Source: a virus
Lineage: Duplodnaviria; Caudoviricetes
Length of the DNA stretch: 64,000 nucleotides
Strand: one strand, 5' to 3'
Virus record (IMG/VR): IMGVR_UViG_3300023235_001725
In this document: positions 18,171 to 27,876 of the stretch, one piece after another
Position numbering within the stretch: position 1 is the first letter of the stretch
Layout: the number at the start of each line of letters is the position of its first letter
Translations under genes and position numbers: made by a program
The notes under the pieces: model-generated
Databases searched by the model: none
Told to the model about the DNA's origin: nothing
What the model saw: only the letters and a program-made list of their open reading frames with translations

Positions 18171-19044
18171 CGCTTCCTAGGTTTGTATTCAAAAACTCTT
18201 TTAGGGCAGAACTTTTTTCAAAAACCCTAAGCCTTCTAAGTGTGTCTTCTTTTATTTGTCTAACTCTCTCGTTGGTTAATTCTAATCTCTCAGCGATGTC
18301 GCGAAGAGTCGTAGCCTCTTCATTGTTTAATCCGAAATACATGTTTAATATAACCTTTTCTCTTTCAGTTAAATTGTCAAACAACTCGTTTAACTCATCT
18401 TTCAATGCCTGGTGATTCATATCTTGTTCAAACCGTTGATAAGAGTCTCCAATTAAAAAGTCTTTTACCTCTGTTTGTGAGTCAGATTTTATCTGGTCAT
18501 CAATAGAAACTTCGAAGTTTCCATTGATGTTAAAGCTTTTAATATCGCTTTCTGTAATTTCATCTATCTCGGCTAAGATTTCTTCATCAGAAGGCTCTCG
18601 ACCTAAACGTTGGTAAAGCTTTTCTTTTGTTTTTACAATCTTGTTGATGGAGTTGATTCGATTTACAGGGAGCCTGATGTTCCCAGAGTGGTCGTTTACC
18701 GCTTTTATAAGTGCGTGGCGAATCCACCATACGGCGTAGGAAATAAACTTAAAACCCTTTGTCTCATCAAACCTGCTAACAGCTTCCATAAGGCCGATAT
18801 TACCCTCTGAAATTAAATCCTCCAGAGGAAGTCCGCTGTATAGATATTCTTTTGCCACAGAAATAACAAATCTCAAATTAGTCTTTGTTAAGTCATGAAA
18901 TGCTTTCTCGTCTCCAGCCTTAGCCTTGACAGCCAGTTTAACTTGGTCATCCCCACTAAGGACTTCTATCTTTTTAATGTCTTTGTAATAGCTTTTTACG
19001 GAAACTGATTCCTTATAATAGCTACTTTCTCTTTCTTTTTGCAT
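18163..19044 (-). CDS. sigma-70 family RNA polymerase sigma factor, Bacteroidota primary-sigma-like
   Basis: NLRFVISVAKEY, DLISEGNIGLMEAVSRFDETKGFKFISYAVWWIR, IRLPVN, region 4 LTNERVRQIKE; no region 1.1. Confidence 0.93.
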   Translation of the reverse strand: MQKERESSYYKESVSVKSYYKDIKKIEVLSGDDQVKLAVKAKAGDEKAFHDLTKTNLRFVISVAKEYLYSGLPLEDLISEGNIGLMEAVSRFDETKGFKFISYAVWWIRHALIKAVNDHSGNIRLPVNRINSINKIVKTKEKLYQRLGREPSDEEILAEIDEITESDIKSFNINGNFEVSIDDQIKSDSQTEVKDFLIGDSYQRFEQDMNHQALKDELNELFDNLTEREKVILNMYFGLNNEEATTLRDIAERLELTNERVRQIKEDTLRRLRVFEKSSALKEFLNTNLGSGE

Positions 19045-19074
19045 CGCCGCGAAGTTTGGTAAACACTATAAATC

Positions 19075-19521
19075 TTAATCGTTCCAATTAAGATTCGCAA
19101 AGAACTCTTTTAACTCTTCAAAGTCTTCTTTACTTGTTACATTCATTAGGCATTCCACAGCGCCTTCCTCTTTTTTGTCCATCCTCATCCCTTTGATGCG
19201 AACATTTAAATACCTCTTTTCCAACCCTCTCTGCCTATGCGAAACCAGGTCAAACTCAAGTTCCCCATGTTTCTCAGAACTTAAACTGTAATAAGTTTCA
19301 TCATAAGGCTTTGATTCAGCGGTGTCTGGAACGCTGTTAAATTGCTCCTCTGTTACTAACGATGGCTGAGACACAGGCTGTTGCTTATCGGCGACAATTG
19401 GTTCTTGAACAACTGGTTCTTGAACAGTTTGTGATTGAATAGTTTGTGATTGAATAGTTTCTCCCAAAGAAGGTAGTTGAACCTGAGGGGGAATTCTTGG
19501 TTTAATTCTGCGAGATGGCAT
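19075..19521 (-). CDS. hypothetical protein with Q/P/V low-complexity repeats
   Basis: ORF track; start placed at MPSRR to avoid overlap; QTIQSQTIQSQTVQEPVVQEPIV. Confidence 0.65.
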   Translation of the reverse strand: MPSRRIKPRIPPQVQLPSLGETIQSQTIQSQTVQEPVVQEPIVADKQQPVSQPSLVTEEQFNSVPDTAESKPYDETYYSLSSEKHGELEFDLVSHRQRGLEKRYLNVRIKGMRMDKKEEGAVECLMNVTSKEDFEELKEFFANLNWND

Positions 19522-19594
19522 ACCTGTACCTTTAATTTTTTGTTTCTTCTTCAAAGGTAGCACGATTATAATCAGAAAACAAATTATAATTATG

Positions 19595-20392
19595 TCAAAT
19601 AGTCCTAGAATCTCTAATGTTTGTAACATGATGTCCAAAGAAATTAACATTCGGGAAAACTTCCCTAACCTTGTCTTCAGTAGTTTTTAACCAATTGGCT
19701 TTGTCCTCATAAAAATGAACTTCGTCATATTGACCTTCTTCTATCTCTTTCAAGATGACAGTGGATTTCCACTCTGGGATTCCGATTTTTCCTGCTCCTG
19801 GAAAACAATGTAAACCTCTGTTTGGATATTCTAAATTAGCCCATCGCAGTGTAATGTCTATTGCTTTTTTTAATTTTTCATCTCGGCCCGTAACAATCAT
19901 CTTGTTTTGAGCGGCATTATAAGCAGAAATGAGTTTTTCGTTTACTTTTGACCCAATAGTTGAATCGTCCTTATGAAAGCCTTTAATTTCTTTTACGGTA
20001 AGATACCCTTGTTTTTCAGTGAAAGCCCCAGGAAAGTCTCTCATTTCACTCCGTCGGACACCGTGGCGTTGAGTAAACTCTTTCGCTGGAGTTGAATCAA
20101 CCACGTCATCTATTTTATCCTGTATAATACCCATCTGGGCGCCAGGAAGAGGGCGTCCGTTTCTAGCGTCAACGACAATAATAAAATCACCTTTCACTTG
20201 AAAAATAACATCCTTACCAAAAATCATATTGAATATATGCTTGGATTTTCGGAGTTGAGACTTATTATCAGCTCCGTCTCCAGAAACTCCAAGGTCTATG
20301 ACCCCTTTTTCGTCTGAGTCCATATACTCTGCGAATGTAGGTGTGTATGTCAGAGTGTCGTCGTAATCAAACACATCTAGTCTTTTGTTCAT
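19595..20392 (-). CDS. HAD-superfamily phosphatase-like protein
   Basis: Motif I VFDYDDTL, motif II IVTGR, motif IV FYEDK. Confidence 0.75.
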   Translation of the reverse strand: MNKRLDVFDYDDTLTYTPTFAEYMDSDEKGVIDLGVSGDGADNKSQLRKSKHIFNMIFGKDVIFQVKGDFIIVVDARNGRPLPGAQMGIIQDKIDDVVDSTPAKEFTQRHGVRRSEMRDFPGAFTEKQGYLTVKEIKGFHKDDSTIGSKVNEKLISAYNAAQNKMIVTGRDEKLKKAIDITLRWANLEYPNRGLHCFPGAGKIGIPEWKSTVILKEIEEGQYDEVHFYEDKANWLKTTEDKVREVFPNVNFFGHHVTNIRDSRTI

Positions 20393-20429
20393 GCGTAACT
20401 TTTTTTACTCATCTTCGTACATATATAAG

Positions 20430-20846
20430 ATGAAGCTATTTTTAATAAAATTTAAGAGTATAGACAACGAAAAAGAGGTCTATGATAAGCTTTTTGAGCT
20501 AGCTGACGGCAGGTCTTTTATACCGTTGGACTCTACTACTTTTATATTATTGGCTAATAGAACTAAAAAAACTGTCCTTCATACCTTAAAGTTTGAATTA
20601 GAGCCAGGATTTTTATTAGTTGACATCTCCGAAAATAACATAGAAGATTTCTTTGTCGATAACAGCTTTGACCAAACTCATCTCCATAATTTCATTGAAG
20701 AGTATCATAATGAGCGTGACAAATGTAGTTCAAATTCAAGCAAGACTCTATCTGAGCTTGATATTATTTTAGATAAAATCAGTGCCCATGGAATTGACGA
20801 GCTGACATGGAGAGAGAGAAAGCGCTTAGAAGAATTGTCTAATTAA
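20430..20846 (+). CDS. hypothetical protein with C-terminal DUF6576-like helical domain
   Basis: LDIILDKISAHGIDELTWRERKRLEELS; start placed at MKLFL. Confidence 0.65.
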   Translation: MKLFLIKFKSIDNEKEVYDKLFELADGRSFIPLDSTTFILLANRTKKTVLHTLKFELEPGFLLVDISENNIEDFFVDNSFDQTHLHNFIEEYHNERDKCSSNSSKTLSELDIILDKISAHGIDELTWRERKRLEELSN

Positions 20847-21247
20847 ACCTTTAACTTCATGTCTGGGGTGTGAAAGTTTTTCTTTCGCATGATTGTTTGA
20901 TTAACTAATTCATACTGGCCCTTCCCAGTTTTGTTTAATGCGAATGGGATATTGATATTGGAATTTAAATCAATAATAACCGCTTCTGTTCCTTTTTTAA
21001 AATTTGGAATCTTCTGCCCATATTTTCTATAAGTCTTTGTGAATAAATCTACTAGCTCTTGAGATTCAATCTCTTTACCATTCCTTGGGTCGTTGAGTCT
21101 ATCAACGAAGTGGTGGGTGAACTCTATGTCTACCCCAACATCTCTGAATAAGTCATCAGCATAATCCTCTACTTGGTTTAAGTCTTTCTGAGTCATAAAC
21201 TCCATTAAGTAACCTCTAACCGTGTGTCTCAAATGTTCTAAGTCCAT
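20843..21247 (-). CDS. putative late protein, possible RelE/BECR-like fold
   Basis: DIEFTHHFVDRLNDPRN followed by predicted beta strands and TIMRK. Confidence 0.6.
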   Translation of the reverse strand: MDLEHLRHTVRGYLMEFMTQKDLNQVEDYADDLFRDVGVDIEFTHHFVDRLNDPRNGKEIESQELVDLFTKTYRKYGQKIPNFKKGTEAVIIDLNSNINIPFALNKTGKGQYELVNQTIMRKKNFHTPDMKLKV

Positions 21248-21549
21248 TAGTAAAGTGTTTTGTATTTGAGTATCTTTTGCATCGCTACAGCGTCCAGCAC
21301 AAGGCCTTCTCCATTTTGCAGTGTAAGCGTGTATTGTTTGCTGATTGCATCCTCTAAAGTCTCAAAACTTAACCTGGTTCCATCGATGGAAAATCCTCTT
21401 TCTGAATATACCACTGCAAACGGTGATTCTGTTTGAGAATCAAACTGAACAACTGTCTCAGGTTTCCTAGCTTGCTGCTGTGGGACTTGTGGAGGCATTT
21501 GAGAAAGCGCCTCTTTCACCAACTTTAATATATGCGTTGCTTTGTCCAT
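21247..21549 (-). CDS. hypothetical protein, putative late gene
   Basis: CTATTTAT at 21564-21571; ILKLVKEAL N-terminal helix. Confidence 0.7.
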   Translation of the reverse strand: MDKATHILKLVKEALSQMPPQVPQQQARKPETVVQFDSQTESPFAVVYSERGFSIDGTRLSFETLEDAISKQYTLTLQNGEGLVLDAVAMQKILKYKTLY

Positions 21550-21575
21550 TTAATAGCTTTTCAATAAATAGGTAA

Positions 21576-21608
21576 AGAAAAACGCCTGGCGGTAGAGCTC
21601 AGGCGTCT
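21576..21608 (-). terminator. intrinsic terminator
   Basis: ACGCCTG...CAGGCGT stem with U-tract on the minus strand. Confidence 0.7.
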
Positions 21609-21652
21609 TCATTAATGAGAAACAAACAATAATTATGGCAACAAATATTGAT

Positions 21653-21892
21653 TTATTCTTTTTCTGGTTTATCAAAATCAGGAACAAACTCTTCTCCTCC
21701 AGTTTGCTGATTACGTGCTGATTTCATGAATTCAGAAAATTGCATGAATTCTTTCTCTTCTTTCCCTTTCTTTCTAGCAAGCTTATTAGAGTATCCAACG
21801 CTTCTTGCTTTTTGTTCAGCAACAGTTCTTTTTTTGCCAGCCTTCTTAGAGTGGTGTTTTTTGTACTTGGCTATGTTTTTCATCTTTTTCAT
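21653..21892 (-). CDS. small basic hypothetical protein
   Basis: Lys-rich; start placed at MKKMKN. Confidence 0.6.
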   Translation of the reverse strand: MKKMKNIAKYKKHHSKKAGKKRTVAEQKARSVGYSNKLARKKGKEEKEFMQFSEFMKSARNQQTGGEEFVPDFDKPEKE

Positions 21893-21959
21893 TGCTTCAT
21901 TGTTATGGAATAATATGAGAGCACTTAAATCAAATCCAAAGCATAAACCAAAATTATCC

Positions 21960-22304
21960 TTAACATACGCAATCTCCACCGCATCCTCCGTCTCCTAAAT
22001 CGTTGTTACAGGTGGATGGCGGTGTTGGGTTGTACGGGGTGCCTGTGTTGTTTGTGATGTACGAATTAGGGATGCTAAAGATGTGGGGAAGCTCTAGGCC
22101 CAAATCTTCAAGAAGCTTTACAGATTTTTGAGCAGCTAGAGTTTCTTTTAAAACCCAATCGACTCCTATTCCTTGTTCGTCAGAATAATCTGTGTTGTCT
22201 TGGATTTTGTAGGCAAACTTTGATATTTCAATAACCTTCCATTCTTGAATATCTCCTTCCTCTTCTATCACAAGGTATCTGTGATTTAATTTTAGGTTTT
22301 TCAT
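21960..22304 (-). CDS. hypothetical protein
   Basis: ORF track. Confidence 0.6.
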   Translation of the reverse strand: MKNLKLNHRYLVIEEEGDIQEWKVIEISKFAYKIQDNTDYSDEQGIGVDWVLKETLAAQKSVKLLEDLGLELPHIFSIPNSYITNNTGTPYNPTPPSTCNNDLGDGGCGGDCVC

Positions 22305-22401
22305 GTTTTTTTACTTTTAATTATATTGATATAATATTAATTCTTCTTGCAAATAACATCAAGATGTTATTTGCAGAGCATGGAGAATTTTTTTTAATTA
22401 T

Positions 22402-22433
22402 AAAAAAAGACCCCCACTAAGGAAGGTCTTTTT
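22402..22433. terminator. intrinsic terminator downstream of nrdA-C
   Basis: AAAAAAAGACC...GGTCTTTTT. Confidence 0.7.
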
Positions 22434-22444
22434 ATACATCAAAA

Positions 22445-23095
22445 TTATGCTCCACAGCCAAAGCAATCAAAATCGCTTTCTTCTGGTCTAGCAGGTAGGT
22501 CATCGTAATCAGCTGTTGGTTCGTCTAATTGTTCTTCTTGCGCTTTTTTTGTCACAGTAAACTGAATAGCATCTGCAGCAGGCTTTGTCCGTAAGTAATA
22601 CATTCCAGTCTTAAGTCCTTTGTTCCATCCATAGAAGTGCATTGAGGTTAATTTTTGAAAATCTGGTTCGTCAATAAACACATTCATAGACTGACTTTGA
22701 CAAATAAATGCACCTCTATCTGCTGCCATGTCAAGAATATTTTTCTGCTTAATCTCCCAAACAGTTTTGTAAACATCCTGGATATCTTCTGGAATCTCAT
22801 CGATTCCTTGGACAGAGCCTCTGTTAGCGATGATTTTATTTCTAAGATTAAAGTCCCAGATTTTCAATTCGATTAATCTTTCAACCAAGTGAGGGTTCAC
22901 CAATACAAAGTTTCCAGAAAGAACTTTACGCTCGTAAATGTTTGAAGTAAAAGGCTCAAAACATTCGTTGTTTCCTAGGATTTGTGCTGTGTTATGACTT
23001 ACGCATCCGTTCCCCATTATGTAATGCTCCTCTCCTGGTACCGCTAAATCCCATGTAGGCTTTACTTTGCTTGGTGTTATTTTTTTTACTTTCAT
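22445..23095 (-). CDS. nrdA: class I ribonucleotide reductase alpha, C-terminal fragment with a 35-aa split-intein C-half (IntC)
   Basis: MKVKK...TWDLAV...[12 protein letters not shown] then extein [34 protein letters not shown], terminal CFGCGA. Confidence 0.93.
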   Translation of the reverse strand: MKVKKITPSKVKPTWDLAVPGEEHYIMGNGCVSHNTAQILGNNECFEPFTSNIYERKVLSGNFVLVNPHLVERLIELKIWDFNLRNKIIANRGSVQGIDEIPEDIQDVYKTVWEIKQKNILDMAADRGAFICQSQSMNVFIDEPDFQKLTSMHFYGWNKGLKTGMYYLRTKPAADAIQFTVTKKAQEEQLDEPTADYDDLPARPEESDFDCFGCGA

Positions 23096-24360
23096 TTTAT
23101 ATTGTTTTTAAGAAGAAAGTCTTCTACTTTCTCGTTGTTTACCTCTTTAGTTGAGCTGCTCCAAAGCTCTAAATATTTATACCCTTTCTCTAAAGCTAAG
23201 TCCTTCTTTCTCTGGTCTATGTTGTGTATTTCATCTGCAGACATTTTAACTCTATTAATACCTGAGCCTTTTAATCTCCAAGATTCCCAATTTTTCCACT
23301 CCTCCTTACTTAGCCTTTCTGGGTTTGGATGATATCTTTCGCCATGATACTCAATTATGATTTTTCGCTCAGGAATAGAAAAATCATAAAACCTCATGCA
23401 AGCGGAGTATTCGTCGTAAATACCTAACTCCTTACTCTCATCTATACCCACAAGTACTTCGAGTTCGCTTGAAAACTTATCAAACAGCGGTTGAAAAAAC
23501 ACAAGACTCTCTTTAGAAGCTCTTCCGAAATGTACTTGTTTCTTTAAAAAAATCTGCTCCACTTTGTTAATCGATTCTTTCTTTGACAAGCCTTTTGATA
23601 TCCAATAATCCACTGAAGAGGTGTTTAAATTTTCTGTATGAAACTTTTTTCTCATCTCTTCCGCATCCTCCTTGCTATATCCTTTATTAATCCAGTGTTT
23701 AGAAGTGAATACGCTTGTTTCTTTTTTTGCATCAACGTACTTATCCCACATATCTTTACCTTTATCTTCTCCGTGCTGTTGAATATACTTTTCTTTCGTG
23801 TGCTTTGAAGAATCTTGAAACTCTTTAAACAAGCTCAACCCTTTCTTTTCTCCATGTCTTTCTATAAAACCTTTCTCAGACGTTGCTTTGGAAGATTTGA
23901 AATTATCAATCTCAACCAGTGCTTCTTTCTCTGAAAAGCCCTTCTCAACCCAGTACTCCACTTTATAAGGAGTAACCCTGCTGCTGTAGGCATTTTCTTT
24001 TTTAATATTACCTAGCTCTAAACCCCATTTTAAATGGTAAAACTTATCTGAGTTAGAATCTGTCTTATTGGTTAATCTATACTTTACATATTTTTTAAAC
24101 CTTTCTCCATCAAAACTCTCAGACAACTCTTTTATGTTATCCCTTACTTTATGGCCAGGCATTTCTTTGCTTTGAATTACTTCAAAAGCAGAAATAAAGT
24201 GACTCACATCTAAGGACTCATGCATTTTAATTAATGCATACCCTGCCTTGATGTTGTCAAATATTAATTTGTCCATTTCAATGTTTGAGTTTCTTCTGAA
24301 AAAATCAGATACCCCCTTTAAAGTTCTTATCTCTGTATTATTAATTTTAAACCTATCCAT
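23092..24360 (-). mobile_element. free-standing Vsr/DUF559-like homing endonuclease between the nrdA halves
   Basis: C-terminal FYDFSIPERKIIIEYHGERYHPNP; repeated (Y)W..KG.S.EEA and HGE.KG DNA-binding-type repeats; ATGA overlap with nrdA-C. Confidence 0.85.
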
Positions 24361-24390
24361 TCTGTGCTATTTATTAATAAATAGCACAGA
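24361..24390 (-). promoter_or_regulatory. 30-bp perfect palindrome containing the putative late-promoter motif and abutting the endonuclease ATG
   Basis: TCTGTGCTATTTATT|AATAAATAGCACAGA then ATG on the minus strand. Confidence 0.8.
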
Positions 24391-24417
24391 ACTTTAGGCT
24401 GTCATGCCAGACGCAAC

Positions 24418-26634
24418 TTAGTTTTCAATTAGTTCTTCACATTTAATAGTTAGAATATCATCGTCTTCTTTTAACTCATTTACATAAACCCACTCATCTC
24501 CTGTAGTTCGACTCACAAGAAATCTATGATTTCCCGTAGCCTCCATTGTAGACCCATCTTCCATTTCTATATGGTAGACCTGCTTATGCCCATTGTAGTA
24601 CATCTTATCAGTTTCAACCTCTCCATTCATCGTGTCAACAATAACTGACTCTTTAAGAGTAATCCAATGTGGAGCATCAACCGACTCAATAGTTTTCCAA
24701 TCAATTCCACTTTGTTCTAAAATAGATTTGAAATTATTCACTTTTCCTTGGCTAAAGAACTCAGTGTCAATTACTTGACAACTTGCTGTAGGCATTGGAG
24801 CCAACAGCAGAGAGTTTCTAGCTCCAAACTCTTTCACTTTGTCCTTTAGACCATTCCAGTCCAAATTTAGATTCGGTGAGAGCTGAGACTCTTCCCAGTA
24901 ATCAAACTGGAAAATGCCTTTGCTTAGGTCTGAGCCTGGGAACGTTTCATATGCTCCATCTTTCATAGCTTCCTCCATAGAGGCCTCCATAGAAGCGAAG
25001 TAAATCATTTCGAAGATTTCCCTATTAAGTTGCTTTGCTACCTCCGAATCGAATGCCACGTGCATCTTAGCGAACACATCGGCTAAACCTTGAACACCAA
25101 TGCCAATTGGTCTGTGACGTAGGTTTGATTTCTTAGCCTCCACAACTGGGTAGAAATTTCGGTCGATAACCTTGTTAAGGTTTTTTGTGACCACCTTTGT
25201 AACCTCATATAGCTTATCAAAATCAAACTCGTACACTTTCTTGCTTGGGGTCTTAGCTGTGTTTGTTTGCTTCAAATACATTGGCAACGCAATAGATGCA
25301 AGATTACAAACAGCTACTTCATCTGGAGAAGTGTACTCCATAATTTCTGTACAGAGATTAGAGGACTTGATTGTTCCCAAGTGCTTTTGATTAGATTTAT
25401 GGTTAGCGGCATCCTTGTAAAGCATGTATGGAGTTCCTGTTTCAATTTGAGATTCAAGAATCTTGAACCAAATGTCTTGAGCAGGGATTGTCTCACGCCC
25501 TTTGCCTTGCCTCTCATATTTGGTGTACAACTTCTCAAAGTCATCTCCATAGCAGTCTGAAAGCCCAGGGCACTCGTTAGGGTCCATTAAAGTCCAGCTT
25601 GCGCCTTCATCAACTCGTTTCATAAACAAGTCTGGAATCCACATCGCGTAAAACAAATCTCTCGCACGCATCTCTTCTTTTCCTGTGTTCTTTTTCAAAT
25701 TAAGAAACTCGCGTATGTCTGCATGCCAAGGCTCTAAGTAGATTGCAAAAGAACCTTTTCGTTTTCCTCCACCCTGGTCAACATAACGAGCTGTGTCGTT
25801 AAAGTTTCTAAGCATTGGAACAATTCCATTAGAGGTTCCGTTGGTTCCTTTAATATAAGAGCCTTTGGCTCTTATGTTGTGAATGCTCAACCCTATCCCT
25901 CCAGCTGATTGTGAAATCAATGCACACTGCTTTAAAGTGTCATATATTCCATCAATAGAATCATCTTTCATCGTTAACAGGAAACAGGAAGACATTTGCG
26001 GTTTTGGAGTCCCTGCATTAAACAATGTAGGTGTTGCATGAGTAAAATACTTCATGGATAATAAATCATAAGTCTCTATAGCTTTGTCAATATCATCCAT
26101 GTGAATACCTACTGCAACGCGCATAAAAAGATGTTGAGGCCTTTCTGCTGGTGTTCCATGAGTCTTAAGAAGATACGAGCGTTTCATTGTCATGAATCCA
26201 AAATAGTCAAGCTGAAAATCTCGGTCTTGAATGATTGCCCCATTAAGTCTTGCACTGTTTTTTTTCACCACCGCATAGGCTTCCTCGCTAATAAGCGGTG
26301 CTGGTGCTTTTGTGATTGGGTCGACATACTCGTAGAGGTCTTTTATTGTCTGAGAAAACAATTTCTTTGTTTCCTTGTGAAGTGAAGTAATGGCTATTCT
26401 GGCTGCCAACTTTGAGTAATCTGGATGTGTTGTAACAAGAACGGCTGCCTTCTGAGCTGCTAATTCATCTAATTGCGTTGTTGATACACCGTCGAATATT
26501 CCTTGAATAACTTTTTGGGCTACTTCTGAATAATTAACTGCCTCCGATAAATCATAGCATTGCTTTTTAATTCTAGCAGCTATCTTATCAAACCTAACTT
26601 CTTCCTTAGAGCCGTTGCGTTTAGTAACTTGCAT
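24418..26634 (-). CDS. nrdA: class I ribonucleotide reductase alpha, N-terminal fragment ending in a 120-aa split-intein N-half (IntN, 24780-24418)
   Basis: ATP cone [41 protein letters not shown] then intein CQVIDT...[10 protein letters not shown]. Confidence 0.95.
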   Translation of the reverse strand: MQVTKRNGSKEEVRFDKIAARIKKQCYDLSEAVNYSEVAQKVIQGIFDGVSTTQLDELAAQKAAVLVTTHPDYSKLAARIAITSLHKETKKLFSQTIKDLYEYVDPITKAPAPLISEEAYAVVKKNSARLNGAIIQDRDFQLDYFGFMTMKRSYLLKTHGTPAERPQHLFMRVAVGIHMDDIDKAIETYDLLSMKYFTHATPTLFNAGTPKPQMSSCFLLTMKDDSIDGIYDTLKQCALISQSAGGIGLSIHNIRAKGSYIKGTNGTSNGIVPMLRNFNDTARYVDQGGGKRKGSFAIYLEPWHADIREFLNLKKNTGKEEMRARDLFYAMWIPDLFMKRVDEGASWTLMDPNECPGLSDCYGDDFEKLYTKYERQGKGRETIPAQDIWFKILESQIETGTPYMLYKDAANHKSNQKHLGTIKSSNLCTEIMEYTSPDEVAVCNLASIALPMYLKQTNTAKTPSKKVYEFDFDKLYEVTKVVTKNLNKVIDRNFYPVVEAKKSNLRHRPIGIGVQGLADVFAKMHVAFDSEVAKQLNREIFEMIYFASMEASMEEAMKDGAYETFPGSDLSKGIFQFDYWEESQLSPNLNLDWNGLKDKVKEFGARNSLLLAPMPTASCQVIDTEFFSQGKVNNFKSILEQSGIDWKTIESVDAPHWITLKESVIVDTMNGEVETDKMYYNGHKQVYHIEMEDGSTMEATGNHRFLVSRTTGDEWVYVNELKEDDDILTIKCEELIEN

Positions 26635-26653
26635 GTTTTGATTGTTATGTTGT

Positions 26654-26712
26654 AAAAAAAAAGAATAAGAGCCCCTATCCGATACTGCCCATATCGGTTA
26701 AGTATAGGGGCT
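26654..26712 (-). terminator. long bulged hairpin plus U-tract between nrdB and nrdA
   Basis: AGCCCCTAT/ATAGGGGCT outer stem, CCGATA/TATCGG inner stem, followed by TTCTTTTTTTTT on the minus strand. Confidence 0.65.
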
Positions 26713-26718
26713 TTTACT

Positions 26719-27708
26719 TTAAAAATCTGCGTCTTTGCTGAATGTCCTGGAGGATTTCCCACTGGCAACTCCAGGCTTTGCGTATTCACCGACTCGCCCT
26801 TCGAAGAAATTTGTTTTTGTGTCCACAGAAATCTTTTCCATGAAGTCAAACGGATTGATTGCATTATATTGTTTTGGACAGTTGAACTCGACAAGTAATC
26901 GGTCTGCCACAAACTCAATATAACTTTGCATCTGAAGAGCATTCATCCCTAAAAGACTCACTGGTAATGCATCTGTCACGAATTCTTTCTCTATATTGAC
27001 AGCATCTTTAATGATTTCAATGATTTCATCTTTAGAAATCTTGTTCACTAAGTGTTTGTTGAAAATGTGTACAGCAAAATCACAGTGCAATCCTTCATCT
27101 CTGGAAATTAGCTCGTTTGAAAAAGCTAACCCTGGCATTAATCCTCGGTCTTTTAACCAAAAAATAGAGCAAAAGCTTCCTGAAAAGAAAATGCCCTCGA
27201 CTGCTGCAAACGCAACTAATCTTTGAGCAAATGTCCCTTCATCAATCCATTTTAAAGCCCATTCAGCTTTCTTGCGAACACAGTCAAGAGTTTCTATCGC
27301 TCTAAAGAGCTTGTCTTTCTCGTTGCCGTCTTTAACGTAGGTATCGATTAATAGGGAATATGTTTCCGAGTGTACGTTCTCCATTGCTATTTGGAATCCG
27401 TAGAAGAACTTAGCCTCTGGATATTGAACCTCTGAAAGGAAGTTCTCTGCCAAATTCTCGTTTACAATTCCATCACTAGCTGCAAAAAAAGCAAGAACAT
27501 GCTTAATGAAATGACGCTCATTATCGTTTAATTTATCATTCCAATCTACAAGGTCGGCCTCTAAATCAATTTCTTCAGCCGTCCATATACACGCCTGTTG
27601 TTGTTTATAGTGTTGCCAAATATCATTGTGTTGAATCGGAAAAATCACAAAGCGGTTTGGATTTTCTTGTAAAATAGGCTCTATCCTATCAAGCGTCTTT
27701 TCACTCAT
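26719..27708 (-). CDS. nrdB: class Ia ribonucleotide reductase beta subunit
   Basis: [53 protein letters not shown]. Confidence 0.96.
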   Translation of the reverse strand: MSEKTLDRIEPILQENPNRFVIFPIQHNDIWQHYKQQQACIWTAEEIDLEADLVDWNDKLNDNERHFIKHVLAFFAASDGIVNENLAENFLSEVQYPEAKFFYGFQIAMENVHSETYSLLIDTYVKDGNEKDKLFRAIETLDCVRKKAEWALKWIDEGTFAQRLVAFAAVEGIFFSGSFCSIFWLKDRGLMPGLAFSNELISRDEGLHCDFAVHIFNKHLVNKISKDEIIEIIKDAVNIEKEFVTDALPVSLLGMNALQMQSYIEFVADRLLVEFNCPKQYNAINPFDFMEKISVDTKTNFFEGRVGEYAKPGVASGKSSRTFSKDADF

Positions 27709-27876
27709 AGTAATTAAATTTTAGTCTTTAAGAATTATTAATACTCAATCCGAAAACCAGTTGAGTTTTTGGGGGGCCTTTCTAAATATGGCTTCTTTTT
27801 ACTAAGTCGGGCTTAGTTTTTTCACATCGTCATTTAGCCCTTATAAACGACAATAAAAGCAGCTAAATAAGTTTTT

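Noticed and set aside
22445-26634. Group I intron explanation for the nrdA and dnaE interruptions
   Set aside because: The interruptions are almost entirely filled by ORFs (gaps of at most ~60 nt, mostly ATGA overlaps), leaving no room for an intron core, and intein splice motifs flank each break.
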